Origin: Basidiobolus meristosporus CBS 931.73
Lineage: Eukaryota; Fungi; Basidiobolomycota
Assembly: GCA_002104905.1 (NCBI GenBank)
Contig: MCFE01000434.1
Span: 11,714 to 75,713 of the forward strand
Direction: 5' to 3'
DNA: 64,000 nt
Shown here: positions 36,176-49,408 of the stretch, piece by piece
Position numbering within the stretch: the first letter of the stretch is position 1
Layout of the letters: each line of letters begins with the position of its first letter
Notes under the pieces: model-generated
Databases searched by the model: none
Told to the model about the DNA's origin: nothing
Seen by the model: the letters and a program-made list of their open reading frames with translations, nothing else
Program-made: the position numbers and the translations under genes

Positions 36176-37642
36176 CTAGCCGCGACTAGTAAACATGACA
36201 CCAGTGCCCTCTAAGCAAGAAGCAATCTTGCGAATGGCATTGGCAATGGCGGCGGTACGGTAGTCGATGTTGCCGAACTCTTCGGCTGTGATTCTGGTCT
36301 CCTCACAAGCCTTGATCATGGTATCCTCCAAGCCAGAGTACACAAGCTCGTGCTCTTCAGCTCCGTGGATCACTTGTTGGCGCTCTGACTCGGACAGTTT
36401 GCGGCCAGCTTGCTCTTCAACAAGTGCGAGAAGACGCTCCTTGCCTTGCTCCTCCCACTTCTTGTTCATGCGACCGAAGCGGACATGGGACACATTCTTC
36501 AGCCACTCGAAGTAGGACACACACACTCCTCCAGCATTGGCAAGAAGATCGGGAACAATCACGACTCCCTTTTGTACAAGGATCTCGTGGGCAGCAGGGG
36601 TGATGGGCCCGTTGGCTCCCTCGTTGATGATCTTGGCCTTGATGTTGTGGACATTCTTGAGGCCGATTTGACGCTCAAGAGCAGATGGGACAAGGATATC
36701 ACACTCGACCTCCAAGGCCTTGGTGGATCCCTCGGTGATCTCAGCATCAGGGTAGCCCTTCAGCGAACCATGCTCAGCCTTGTACTCTCCAAGCTTCTCG
36801 ATATCCAGGCCGTCCTTGTTGTAGGCGCAGAACTTGCTGTCGGACACAGCCACAACCTTGGCTCCGTTGGCAATGAAGAACTTGGCAGCATAGAAGGACA
36901 CGTTGCCGAAGCCTTGGAGTGACACAGTCTTGCCTTCAATGTCCCCAGTGAGTCCAGTGACCTTCTGGACCTGCTCGAACTTCAGGAACTCGCGAGTGCT
37001 GTAGTACACTCCGAGGCCAGTAGCCTCAGTACGGCCGCGGACACCGCCTTGGTTGATTGGCTTGCCAGTGATGCAGCCAGGGGCGTTGATGTCGGTGGGG
37101 TTGAGCTGGCGGTAGGTGTCCATGATCCAGGTCATCTCGCGTCCACCAGTGTTCACATCAGGCGCTGGGACATCCACACCAGGGCCAAGGAAGTTCTTCT
37201 GGCAAAGCTCCAAAGCGAAGCGACGAGTGATGCGCTCCAGCTCGCCAACCGTGTACTCACGTGGGTTGATAGCCACTCCGCCCTTGGCTCCACCGAATGG
37301 AACATCCACAACGGCACACTTGTAGGTCATGAGGGAGGCAAGGGCCTCGACCTCTTGCATATCGACATCGTCGGCATAACGAATACCTCCCTTGACTGGA
37401 AGCTTGTGGCGAGAGTGCTCAGCACGGTAGGCACGAACCACCTCCGTCTCACCACTCTCACGCTCGATGGGGAAGGTGACGCTCAAGACAGCGTCGACAC
37501 CTCTGATGGTGTTCAGCAACGACTTCTTCACACCGCTAGCCTTAGCTGCGATATCGAAGAACTCCTCAACGCATTGTAAGAAGTTGGGTTCGTGAGCCTC
37601 ACAAGCGACGTTCTCGTTTCCTTGGTATTTAGTGGCAGCCAT
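36176..37642 (-). CDS. GDH: Glutamate dehydrogenase copy 2, 488 aa, intronless
   Basis: Intact ORF with all GDH motifs. TATA-like sequence at about 37683-37691. Confidence 0.96.
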   Translation of the reverse strand: MAATKYQGNENVACEAHEPNFLQCVEEFFDIAAKASGVKKSLLNTIRGVDAVLSVTFPIERESGETEVVRAYRAEHSRHKLPVKGGIRYADDVDMQEVEALASLMTYKCAVVDVPFGGAKGGVAINPREYTVGELERITRRFALELCQKNFLGPGVDVPAPDVNTGGREMTWIMDTYRQLNPTDINAPGCITGKPINQGGVRGRTEATGLGVYYSTREFLKFEQVQKVTGLTGDIEGKTVSLQGFGNVSFYAAKFFIANGAKVVAVSDSKFCAYNKDGLDIEKLGEYKAEHGSLKGYPDAEITEGSTKALEVECDILVPSALERQIGLKNVHNIKAKIINEGANGPITPAAHEILVQKGVVIVPDLLANAGGVCVSYFEWLKNVSHVRFGRMNKKWEEQGKERLLALVEEQAGRKLSESERQQVIHGAEEHELVYSGLEDTMIKACEETRITAEEFGNIDYRTAAIANAIRKIASCLEGTGVMFTSRG

Positions 37643-37651
37643 GGTTGTAAG

Positions 37652-37865
37652 GTTATCTTGATGCTTCCTGACCCTTTCACTCCTATATATACTAATCGCA
37701 TTATCTCCATATCACTTGTTATATATGGTGATTGGTGAATGATTAGCAGCACATGATAGCTTTCACATACCACAACTCTGTAGCGGATAATGTCTTCAGA
37801 TAATGATCATTATAGGAATTAAAATATTTGATGAATACTTATCAGCCTTCGGTTAAATGCTATCG
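37652..37865. promoter_or_regulatory. Cluster of seven GATA(A/G) sites upstream of GDH copy 2
   Basis: Sites near 37653, 37701, 37755, 37786, 37799, 37839 and 37860, on both strands. This is the motif bound by AreA/Gln3-type factors. Confidence 0.4.
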
Positions 37866-38349
37866 CATTCTCATGTGAACCGGTATTTCGCAGTAATATG
37901 GCGATTGTTTTTGGTTAGATCTCATATGACAAACCATCCCAGTGACAAATACGAGCATTTCAGGCTCGACCTTTTAAAGGAAATGCTCCTGAAGTAATGC
38001 CTAACGACCAGATGCCTAATCAGTTAGAGTTTGTATACAAAAATAGAAACAAGCAAAGTTATCTATGTACGATCAGTAATGGAAGGGATATAGTAAATCA
38101 GGTGATAGGGGATGCATCGTAGACCTCAACGATTCTTGGATAGATTAGTATTGCTAAATAAATTCAAAGTATCGTACTTCCACATGAAATTAATTTAATA
38201 GCATGATGTATCAATGCCTAGAGCCTTGCCAGACAGCAGGAAAATTTTCGACTCCAAGCATGGAGTGAGCAGGTTATACCTTAAGCACAGCTTTATTATA
38301 CTAAACTTTAAATTTACAATTCGCTGCAAGCAACTAACAACAACAAAGC

Positions 38350-39810
38350 TTAACCGCGGCTAGAGAACATGACGCCAGTACCATCTAAGCAAGAAGCAAT
38401 CTTGCGAATGGCATTGGCAATGGCGGCGGTACGGTAGTCGATGTTGCCGAACTCTTCGGCTGTGATTCTGGTCTCCTCACAAGCCTTGATCATGGTATCC
38501 TCCAAGCCAGAGTACACAAGCTCGTGCTCTTCAGCTCCGTGGATCACTTGTTGGCGCTCTGACTCGGACAGTTTGCGACCAGCTTGCTCCTCAACAAGCG
38601 CGAGAAGACGCTCCTTGCCTTGCTCCTCCCACTTCTTGTTCATGCGACCAAAACGGACGTGGGACACATTCTTCAGCCACTCGAAGTAGGACACACACAC
38701 TCCTCCAGCATTGGCAAGAAGATCGGGAACAATCACGACTCCCTTTTGTACAAGGATCTCGTGGGCAGCAGGGGTGATGGGCCCGTTGGCTCCCTCGTTG
38801 ATGATCTTGGCCTTGATGTTGTGGACATTCTTGAGGCCGATTTGACGCTCAAGAGCAGATGGGACAAGGATATCACACTCGACCTCCAAGGCCTTGGTGG
38901 ATCCCTCGGTGATCTCAGCATCAGGGTAGCCCTTCAGCGAACCATGCTCAGCCTTGTACTCTCCAAGCTTCTCGATATCCAGGCCGTCCTTGTTGTAGGC
39001 GCAGAACTTGCTGTCGGACACAGCCACAACCTTGGCTCCGTTGGCAATGAAGAACTTGGCAGCATAGAAGGACACGTTGCCGAAGCCTTGAAGTGACACA
39101 GTCTTGCCTTCAATGTCCCCAGTGAGTCCAGTGACCTTCTGGACCTGCTCGAACTTCAGGAACTCGCGAGTGCTGTAGTACACTCCGAGGCCAGTAGCCT
39201 CAGTACGGCCGCGAACACCGCCTTGGTTGATTGGCTTGCCAGTGATGCAGCCAGGGGCGTTGATGTCGGTGGGGTTGAGCTGGCGGTAGGTGTCCATGAT
39301 CCAGGTCATCTCGCGTCCACCAGTGTTCACATCAGGCGCTGGGACATCCACACCAGGGCCAAGGAAGTTCTTCTGGCAGAGCTCCAAAGCGAAGCGACGA
39401 GTGATGCGCTCCAGCTCGCCAACCGTGTACTCACGTGGGTTGATGGCCACTCCGCCCTTGGCTCCACCGAATGGAACATCCACAACGGCACACTTGTAGG
39501 TCATGAGGGAGGCAAGGGCCTCGACCTCTTGCATATCGACATCGTCGGCATAACGAATGCCTCCCTTGACTGGGAGCTTGTGGCGAGAGTGCTCAGCACG
39601 GTAGGCACGAATCACCTCCGTCTCACCACTCTCACGCTCGATGGGGAAGGTGACGCTCAAGACAGCGTCGACACCTCTGATGGTGTTCAGCAGCGACTTC
39701 TTGACTCCGCTGGCCTTAGCGGCGATATCGAAGAACTCCTCAACGCATTGTAAAAAGTTGGGCTCGTGAGCCTCGCAAGCGACGTTTTCGTTTCCTTGAT
39801 ATTTAGCCAT
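38350..39810 (-). CDS. GDH: Glutamate dehydrogenase copy 3, 486 aa, intronless
   Basis: Intact ORF, near-identical to copy 2. Confidence 0.96.
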   Translation of the reverse strand: MAKYQGNENVACEAHEPNFLQCVEEFFDIAAKASGVKKSLLNTIRGVDAVLSVTFPIERESGETEVIRAYRAEHSRHKLPVKGGIRYADDVDMQEVEALASLMTYKCAVVDVPFGGAKGGVAINPREYTVGELERITRRFALELCQKNFLGPGVDVPAPDVNTGGREMTWIMDTYRQLNPTDINAPGCITGKPINQGGVRGRTEATGLGVYYSTREFLKFEQVQKVTGLTGDIEGKTVSLQGFGNVSFYAAKFFIANGAKVVAVSDSKFCAYNKDGLDIEKLGEYKAEHGSLKGYPDAEITEGSTKALEVECDILVPSALERQIGLKNVHNIKAKIINEGANGPITPAAHEILVQKGVVIVPDLLANAGGVCVSYFEWLKNVSHVRFGRMNKKWEEQGKERLLALVEEQAGRKLSESERQQVIHGAEEHELVYSGLEDTMIKACEETRITAEEFGNIDYRTAAIANAIRKIASCLDGTGVMFSSRG

Positions 39811-40950
39811 GTCTGAAGTCTTCTGTTGATGTTGGTTGACTCTCTTGACTCCCTTTATAGATAGGAATTTTTCTGAACTCTTGAGTTTTACCGAATTCTT
39901 CGGGAATCATTTCTGATTGTAGCTACGGTTTTCCCCGACGTAGGTAGTTATCTTAACTCCGGATTGGAAGGGAGTCCGATATATCAATGGCAGCCCAGCC
40001 AAAAATCATCCTAAAGTGTGATCACAGTGGTACAATAGCAAAATTCTTTCACCCTTTGAACTGTTCGCTACCGATACTACGTGGTTTAATACTGGCTTGG
40101 GTCAGCAACTCGGCAATCAAGTCACTCCAGTATAAATGGTAATCATTATCCTATATCGAATCCCTCCCCGGACAGTCCCAAGCGGTTAATCCACCAAATG
40201 CAATGCGAATCATTTATCGGATATCCATATTACGGTTCAGTGGTACAAAGATACCTGCATGGACCGTTTAGTGCATGCGTTGGCGACTCTTATCAGGTTC
40301 GTACTTCAGGGATTTTAAAAACTTGCTTCTCGGTAAAGTGATGGCCAGCGCAAAAATCGATTCGCAAGCGATTACTTTACAAGTGGTGAAACGGAGAAGG
40401 CTGGCTAGATTCAATGAACCCTAAGTCAGACCAGAACAGGGTTACCACAGTTGTATCACTTGGTCTCTTATCTATGACTTCTGGATGGGAAAATGGTCTG
40501 CAGACCATCGGCTGGGATCGGAAGCCTGAGCAGGAAAGAAAAGCATTGCCGATTGCTACAAAACATCATGAGAACACGGTTACGTTGTACAGGTGAAGAG
40601 GCCACATGAGAGTAAATCGATAACCGTTTAGCCAAAATGGATCGAACTAGTTACGGAAGGTGGATGTAAATCCCCAGCATAGCGTTTAATGATCAGCTGT
40701 CTGATAGCACCGTTTTTTCCTAGATATAGGTATATGGTGTTCGAGATTGAGAAACGCTCGTATACTCCTTGTCGGATTAGCTTTCGATAGACAAGTGAAT
40801 TCAATCGATTCCTATTCTGTATGCCCTCCAACATTAGATTGGTAACGAGCGTATTACCACTTATGGTGTAGCTTACCTACCATTAAACACTATAAATATG
40901 ACCTGAATATCCGTATTGTAGCATCAATCCATTTACAGAAACCCAAAACG

Positions 40951-42408
40951 ATGAAATACCAAGGAAACGAGAACGTCGCTTGCGAGGCTCACGAGCCCAA
41001 CTTTTTACAATGCGTTGAGGAGTTCTTCGATATCGCCGCTAAGGCCAGCGGAGTCAAGAAGTCGCTGCTGAACACCATCAGAGGTGTCGATGCTGTCTTG
41101 AGCGTCACCTTCCCCATCGAGCGTGAGAGTGGTGAGACGGAGGTGGTTCGTGCCTACCGTGCTGAGCACTCTCGCCACAAGCTCCCAGTCAAGGGAGGTA
41201 TTCGTTATGCCGACGATGTCGATATGCAAGAGGTCGAGGCCCTTGCCTCCCTCATGACCTACAAGTGTGCCGTTGTGGATGTTCCATTCGGTGGAGCCAA
41301 GGGCGGAGTGGCCATCAACCCACGTGAGTACACGGTCGGCGAGTTGGAGCGCATCACTCGTCGCTTCGCTTTGGAGCTCTGCCAGAAGAACTTCCTTGGC
41401 CCTGGTGTGGATGTCCCAGCGCCTGATGTGAACACTGGTGGACGCGAGATGACCTGGATCATGGACACCTACCGCCAGCTCAACCCCACCGACATCAACG
41501 CCCCTGGCTGCATCACTGGCAAGCCAATCAACCAAGGCGGTGTTCGCGGCCGTACTGAGGCTACTGGCCTCGGAGTGTACTACAGCACTCGCGAGTTCCT
41601 GAAGTTCGAGCAGGTCCAGAAGGTCACTGGACTCACTGGGGACATTGAAGGCAAGACTGTGTCACTTCAAGGCTTCGGCAACGTGTCCTTCTATGCTGCC
41701 AAGTTCTTCATTGCCAACGGAGCCAAGGTTGTGGCTGTGTCCGACAGCAAGTTCTGCGCCTACAACAAGGACGGCCTGGATATCGAGAAGCTTGGAGAGT
41801 ACAAGGCTGAGCATGGTACCTTGCAGGGATTCACTGCTGCTGAGATCACCGAGGGATCCACCAAGGCCTTGGAGGTCGAGTGTGATATCCTTGTCCCATC
41901 TGCTCTTGAGCGTCAAATCGGCCTCAAGAATGTCCACAACATCAAGGCCAAGGTCATCAACGAGGGAGCCAACGGGCCCATCACCCCTGCTGCCCACGAG
42001 ATCCTTGTACAAAAGGGAGTCGTGATTGTTCCCGATCTTCTTGCCAATGCTGGAGGAGTGTGTGTGTCCTACTTCGAGTGGCTGAAGAATGTGTCCCATG
42101 TCCGCTTCGGTCGCATGAACAAGAAGTGGGAGGAGCAAGGCAAGGAGCGTCTTCTCGCACTTGTTGAGGAGCAAGCTGGCCGCAAACTGTCCGAGTCAGA
42201 GCGCCAACAAGTGATCCACGGAGCTGAAGAGCACGAGCTTGTGTACTCTGGCTTGGAGGATACCATGATCAAGGCTTGTGAGGAGACCAGAATCACAGCC
42301 GAAGAGTTCGGCAACATCGACTACCGTACCGCCGCCATTGCCAATGCCATTCGCAAGATTGCCTCTTGCTTAGATGGTACTGGTGTTATGTTTACTAATC
42401 GCGGCTAA
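40951..42408 (+). CDS. GDH: Glutamate dehydrogenase copy 4, 485 aa, intronless
   Basis: Intact ORF, divergently paired with copy 3. Carries a private patch GTLQGFTAAE. Confidence 0.96.
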   Translation: MKYQGNENVACEAHEPNFLQCVEEFFDIAAKASGVKKSLLNTIRGVDAVLSVTFPIERESGETEVVRAYRAEHSRHKLPVKGGIRYADDVDMQEVEALASLMTYKCAVVDVPFGGAKGGVAINPREYTVGELERITRRFALELCQKNFLGPGVDVPAPDVNTGGREMTWIMDTYRQLNPTDINAPGCITGKPINQGGVRGRTEATGLGVYYSTREFLKFEQVQKVTGLTGDIEGKTVSLQGFGNVSFYAAKFFIANGAKVVAVSDSKFCAYNKDGLDIEKLGEYKAEHGTLQGFTAAEITEGSTKALEVECDILVPSALERQIGLKNVHNIKAKVINEGANGPITPAAHEILVQKGVVIVPDLLANAGGVCVSYFEWLKNVSHVRFGRMNKKWEEQGKERLLALVEEQAGRKLSESERQQVIHGAEEHELVYSGLEDTMIKACEETRITAEEFGNIDYRTAAIANAIRKIASCLDGTGVMFTNRG

Positions 42409-43596
42409 AGCAATATTGATAATTGTACTGTACATTTTAAAATTTATTGATTGTCGAAATGAGATTACTATACGAAGTGCTTTTCTTACGACCCATCATT
42501 GAAACCAGCTATTAAACTAACTCATTGCACCCGGATAATTGGGCAATTGCTATGGAATGCTATTTTCAATGTACTGAGCTACTTCACGAACATAACTTGA
42601 ATCTTTGCAACATAAAGCGTACCACCTTACTTGGTGAATACCTATATCTCCGGAGCAATCGTATATCCAGATATCTGGAACTATCTACCGCTACTTATAC
42701 AATAAATTCACCAACACTTTTGGCAATTGTCGCGAATTATGTAAACTATGTATATTGCAAGGGTATTTCTATACTGGCCTATTGTATCACCTGAAGCCTC
42801 CATTTAATCGGATGCCTTCGGAGGTCTTGCCTTAACTTTGCCAGATATTCTCACATGTAGCAGCAGGCAAACCATGAAACTGGTAACCCCAGTGATTATT
42901 TCTATTACCAAACCGGTGCCCATGCTGCTCCCGACTTCAAGATTATCAAGGTTTCGATGAGAATCTTGGCTGAGAACTCTGCAAACTCTGGAGAATCAGC
43001 CGTTACGTAGCTCTACGATTCCCTTCACAACACTTGCCAACAATGGGAATCCACGTGAAGAGGCTCGTTACAGACATATCATCCCTCCCGTCATATGATA
43101 TCTTGAAGGCACCCTCCGATTATCCCCGATATTTATCCATGATTTGATTTACTGATAAGATCGTGCACTGGTGCATGGAGCTTTTGGAGGGAAGCAGTCA
43201 TGTGGCACATCTCTTGAGGCTAGGAGTACAAGAAAAGGCATTGCTCCATTGATAACCCAATTTTCTTTCCGTTCCTGTGGCACGCCGGAAGAATCCCTAC
43301 TTCAAACCTAATACTTGGATAATTGGTCAACCAAAATCATTTTAAGGGTAGTGATCAATGTCAAGTAAGGAAAATGTCCAGATCTTTATATCTGCTCATC
43401 TCACGAGACCTATAATTCGTATCTCCTAATTAGGAAGCGGGCGAGCTAGTCAGGAGTTCATTTTGGCTCAGATAAATGAAATCTTCAGTGGATGACGGCA
43501 ATTGAGATGCGGAGATAATGAGCATGGCGTTGGCTAATATAAAAGAACAATACGGTACGACTAAATAAGATTATTACCACTTCTAGACACTTAGCA

Positions 43597-45054
43597 ATGA
43601 AATACCAAGGAAACGAAAACGTCGCTTGTGAGGCCCACGAGCCCAACTTTTTACAATGCGTTGAGGAGTTCTTCGATATCGCCGCTAAGGCCAGCGGAGT
43701 CAAGAAGTCGCTGCTGAACACCATCAGAGGTGTCGATGCTGTCTTGAGCGTCACCTTTCCCATCGAGCGTGAGAGTGGTGAGACGGAGGTGGTTCGTGCC
43801 TACCGTGCTGAGCACTCTCGCCACAAGCTCCCAGTCAAGGGAGGTATTCGTTATGCCGACGATGTCGATATGCAAGAGGTCGAGGCCCTTGCCTCCCTCA
43901 TGACCTACAAGTGTGCCGTTGTGGATGTTCCATTCGGTGGAGCCAAGGGCGGAGTGGCCATCAACCCACGTGAGTACACGGTCGGCGAGTTGGAGCGCAT
44001 CACTCGTCGCTTCGCTTTGGAGCTCTGCCAGAAGAACTTCCTTGGCCCTGGTGTGGATGTCCCAGCGCCTGATGTGAACACTGGTGGACGCGAGATGACC
44101 TGGATCATGGACACCTACCGCCAGCTCAACCCCACCGACATCAACGCCCCTGGCTGCATCACTGGCAAGCCAATCAACCAAGGCGGTGTTCGCGGCCGTA
44201 CTGAGGCTACTGGCCTCGGAGTGTACTACAGCACTCGCGAGTTCCTGAAGTTCGAGCAGGTCCAGAAGGTCACTGGACTCACTGGGGACATTGAAGGCAA
44301 GACTGTGTCACTCCAAGGCTTCGGCAACGTGTCCTTCTATGCTGCCAAGTTCTTCATTGCCAACGGAGCCAAGGTTGTGGCCGTGTCTGACAGTAAGTTC
44401 TGCGCCTACAACAAGGACGGCCTGGATATCGAGAAGCTTGGAGAGTACAAGGCTGAGCATGGTTCGCTGAAGGGTTACCCTGATGCTGAGATCACCGAGG
44501 GATCCACCAAGGCCTTGGAGGTCGAGTGTGATATCCTTGTCCCATCTGCTCTTGAGCGTCAAATCGGCCTCAAGAATGTCCACAACATCAAGGCTAAGAT
44601 CATCAACGAGGGAGCCAACGGGCCCATCACCCCTGCTGCCCACGAGATCCTTGTACAAAAGGGAGTCGTGATTGTTCCCGATCTTCTTGCCAATGCTGGA
44701 GGAGTGTGTGTGTCCTACTTCGAGTGGCTGAAGAATGTGTCCCATGTCCGCTTCGGTCGCATGAACAAGAAGTGGGAGGAGCAAGGCAAGGAGCGTCTTC
44801 TCGCACTTGTTGAGGAGCAAGCTGGCCGCAAACTGTCCGAGTCAGAGCGCCAACAAGTGATCCACGGAGCTGAAGAGCACGAGCTTGTGTACTCTGGGTT
44901 GGAGGATACCATGATCAAGGCTTGTGAGGAGACCAGAATCACAGCCGAAGAGTTCGGCAACATCGACTACCGTACCGCCGCCATTGCCAATGCCATTCGC
45001 AAGATTGCTTCTTGCTTAGAAGGAACTGGTGTCATGTTCTCAAGCCGCGGTTAA
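43597..45054 (+). CDS. GDH: Glutamate dehydrogenase copy 5, 485 aa, intronless
   Basis: Intact ORF. TATAAAA about 60 bp upstream. Confidence 0.96.
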   Translation: MKYQGNENVACEAHEPNFLQCVEEFFDIAAKASGVKKSLLNTIRGVDAVLSVTFPIERESGETEVVRAYRAEHSRHKLPVKGGIRYADDVDMQEVEALASLMTYKCAVVDVPFGGAKGGVAINPREYTVGELERITRRFALELCQKNFLGPGVDVPAPDVNTGGREMTWIMDTYRQLNPTDINAPGCITGKPINQGGVRGRTEATGLGVYYSTREFLKFEQVQKVTGLTGDIEGKTVSLQGFGNVSFYAAKFFIANGAKVVAVSDSKFCAYNKDGLDIEKLGEYKAEHGSLKGYPDAEITEGSTKALEVECDILVPSALERQIGLKNVHNIKAKIINEGANGPITPAAHEILVQKGVVIVPDLLANAGGVCVSYFEWLKNVSHVRFGRMNKKWEEQGKERLLALVEEQAGRKLSESERQQVIHGAEEHELVYSGLEDTMIKACEETRITAEEFGNIDYRTAAIANAIRKIASCLEGTGVMFSSRG

Positions 45055-45931
45055 ATTTCTCTGTACTATTATATCGGACATCATATTTTGTAATAAAGTT
45101 CATTTGTATTCAAAGTTCATCATTTGAAGGTTCACTGCATTTGGCTTTACCGAGAGTGGGCAAAATAATTCATTTGATTACCTTAAGCTGTAGTTCACGT
45201 ATTATTGCGTACGGCAATGCCAAGTAGGTGGTCCACCCAAAGAGCCGGCATGCCCGGAACCTTCCGACATAGGATAATGGATAAATTACGAGAATACTCG
45301 GAGAGGCGCGAGTACTATTTAGGTACGCAGATCGTATATTGGCTGAGGTAATTAATCGGGGTATCGGGTAACTCCGTGTCGGCTGGGAATTTATAAAGAA
45401 ATATGATGTGCAACCCTGTAGCCCTGGCCAACCCGTTAATTCTCACTGAAAAAAGAGATTTAGATTGCCACACTGATTCGGCCAAAATTTCCATTTTCAG
45501 CGAGGGGACGTGTATATGGGCAAACCCAGTGTTTGCATGATCTCATCATGGCATACCATTTGGGATGTTTTCTCTTGCTTAATTCCATGATTTGGCGATC
45601 GGTGGATTTTTGCCAAATGTTCAGTAGAACTCGCATGACCGTAAACCATCAATCATGTGCCTGGTGTAAAAAAATCCAGTTAGTCCCTTAAGCTGCTTCT
45701 GACGGCAGCAACAAATCAAATTTTGGATCAATAAAGATAAATTACATTAGTCTTTCTCCATACTGTTCCCGATAAAGAATCAAGATAATGATCATTTGTA
45801 CATTGCCGTAATTTCTTTCTTTTTCCACATGAAATGTGAGCCTTGGTATAATCCTGTTCTCGATATGCGATAAGAAATTGATATAAATATGCACGCCAGG
45901 GCATCCAAACGGTATAGCTCCTCAAGTAAAC

Positions 45932-47402
<1,471 letters not shown>

Positions 47403-47617
47403 ATTTTTGAACAGATTACTTGAAGCTCAAGATATATTCCACATGTAATTATATAAATTAGCAATAAATTAAACAGCATCAAATTGTAATCCCAATTGGT
47501 CATATAAATTCCCGGAAATTGATTTATTAGCGGTTGATTATCGTTTACCCAATGTGTGAAGTTTAGATCAAGTTCTTTTCTCCGAGGCCGGATAGATACT
47601 TTTGTGTCTGTATTAAA

Positions 47618-48127
47618 TCATACTAAACAAAGTTCAACAGTTGGAATCTTCCGAAGGAGGGTACAGAAACTTTTACCTTCCAAGAAATCCGCCGCCATCA
47701 GAAGTTCCAACGCGATCTCAGGTTCGATCTTGGAACCGAAATCCGGCATCTCTGAGGTCGAGTTGGTGTATTTCAGCTTGTAATAAAGGTATTGGCACAC
47801 CCTCTCCAGGATCACCGCCCTGGTGAAGAAATTCGTCTATTTTAGCCCAGTTCGATGTGCGCTACCGGATTGTCAACGAGTTACCTAATCTCGCGGAAGT
47901 GGATCTCATTCTCCAAGGACTCGGTAAACGGGCCTGGTTGGTTTGTATTCGTTAGTTTGGGGGTTTCCTTCTTTTTTTTGGCTTGGTGTCTCGTAGAGCG
48001 TACCATTCGAGCTTAACATGTTCCGAATCGTCCCTGATCCTAGGGCCGCTTGTTTGCTAATGTGAAATTCGAACCCGTCGGAGCTTGTTAGAGTTACGAA
48101 GGTGGTATCTTGGCTTTCTTCAGTCAT
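47618..48127 (-). CDS. ELC1: Elongin C; 4 exons (48127-48004, 47933-47885, 47819-47677, 47622-47618)
   Basis: [63 protein letters not shown]. The final V-stop exon is inferred from TTTAG|TATGA. Confidence 0.93.
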
Positions 48128-48294
48128 GTGGAAGCTTGCAAAGGTGAGGTCACGATGACTGTCTTGTGGTGATAATCCATTTTGTATCATGTGATTTGGG
48201 AGGGCATGCCCGATCAAATAGCATGCAATGGCTGGTATCCGATAATTGAGTTCATTCCCTCCATACATGCCGCAGATCTAATCATTATATTTTT

Positions 48295-48760
48295 ATATTT
48301 GACTCTGGCTAGTGGTTTTGTGAGGTATCTGTAATCACTTCATCTGTAGGACAGTAAACTAAGTTGTTCCCTATAGCTTTCCATATGAAATGATATCTAA
48401 CATCTAAGTGCGCAGTTCCTGCATAAAAAGCTGGATTTCTCACTAATTGTATATATTCTTGATTATCTTGAAATATAGTAGTTGGGTGTATTTGATATAA
48501 TCATAAATCTTTGAGGAGCTTCCACAGCCACATTGTCTCTTTTGTGGCCTCCCAAGCTGCTATATAATCTGCCTCTGTGGCCCAAAATGCTGTGGTAGAC
48601 TGCTTTCTTGAATTCCATGATATTTCTCCTTTGTAGTGAAGAAAGCTGTATCCTGTGGTGGTTCCTCTGTGTACTGATTCTTTCCCAAATCTGTATCAAA
48701 GTAACCCATCAGGCTGGCCCATATAAGCATTTTCATGAAGTCCCTCATTTGAGAATGCAG
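48295..48760 (-). mobile_element. Degraded Ty1/copia RNase H fragment (A)
   Basis: Frameshifted remnants GYFDTDLG..TTGYSF..ISWNSRKQST..TDEVITD..KPLA, homologous to 49480-49900. No LTR attached. Confidence 0.8.
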
Positions 48761-49061
48761 CTCTGATATTCATTTGATGAGTTGAACACTTACATCGGGA
48801 TGCAACAGCCTATATTTACTTGTGGAGTTGGACTTGATTACCGGTGCCCAGGCTTCTGTGTAGTCTAAATATTGATTTAGGGTTAGTTACTGCCTGGAGC
48901 TCATTTACATGGAATGAGTAGCATTGGCTAGGTTTGGACCCTAGTTTATATTGTTGTTTAGGCTACTTCAATTCAGTTTGAACTTTTTTTTGTATTTAAC
49001 TCTCAAATTCAACCTATTTCTGATCATTATGCTCAAGTACTCAGAGCTAATGTGTCCATAT

Positions 49062-49408
49062 TGCTGTAAGAGTCTTGGAGATATTGGAAGTAATGTGCAA
49101 ACAAGTAGATTGTGTGGTTTCTCTTAGTGATTTATTGAATGTAAAAGTAGTGTTTGTACTATTGCATGCTACTGGCATACCAAGCACATATAATATGCTT
49201 AGGAAGGCTCCAAGAGCATGTGTGCAAAGTTTGGAGCTGTTTGGATAACTTTAAGAATTATCAAGTTCTGGGTACCTGATATTTTAGTAAAAATATTTTA
49301 AGTAAATCACAACAAGGAATTTGGTCATTATTCTCTAGGATATGTAGGTAATGATCCAAGTGACTAGGTTGGGTGAGTATTTAGGCGGAATTACAAGTGT
49401 TGCTAACA
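49062..49408 (-). repeat. Copia LTR (347 bp)
   Basis: Has TG..CA ends, is adjacent to the PPT, and aligns with the LTRs at 50178, 50554 and 52122. Confidence 0.85.
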
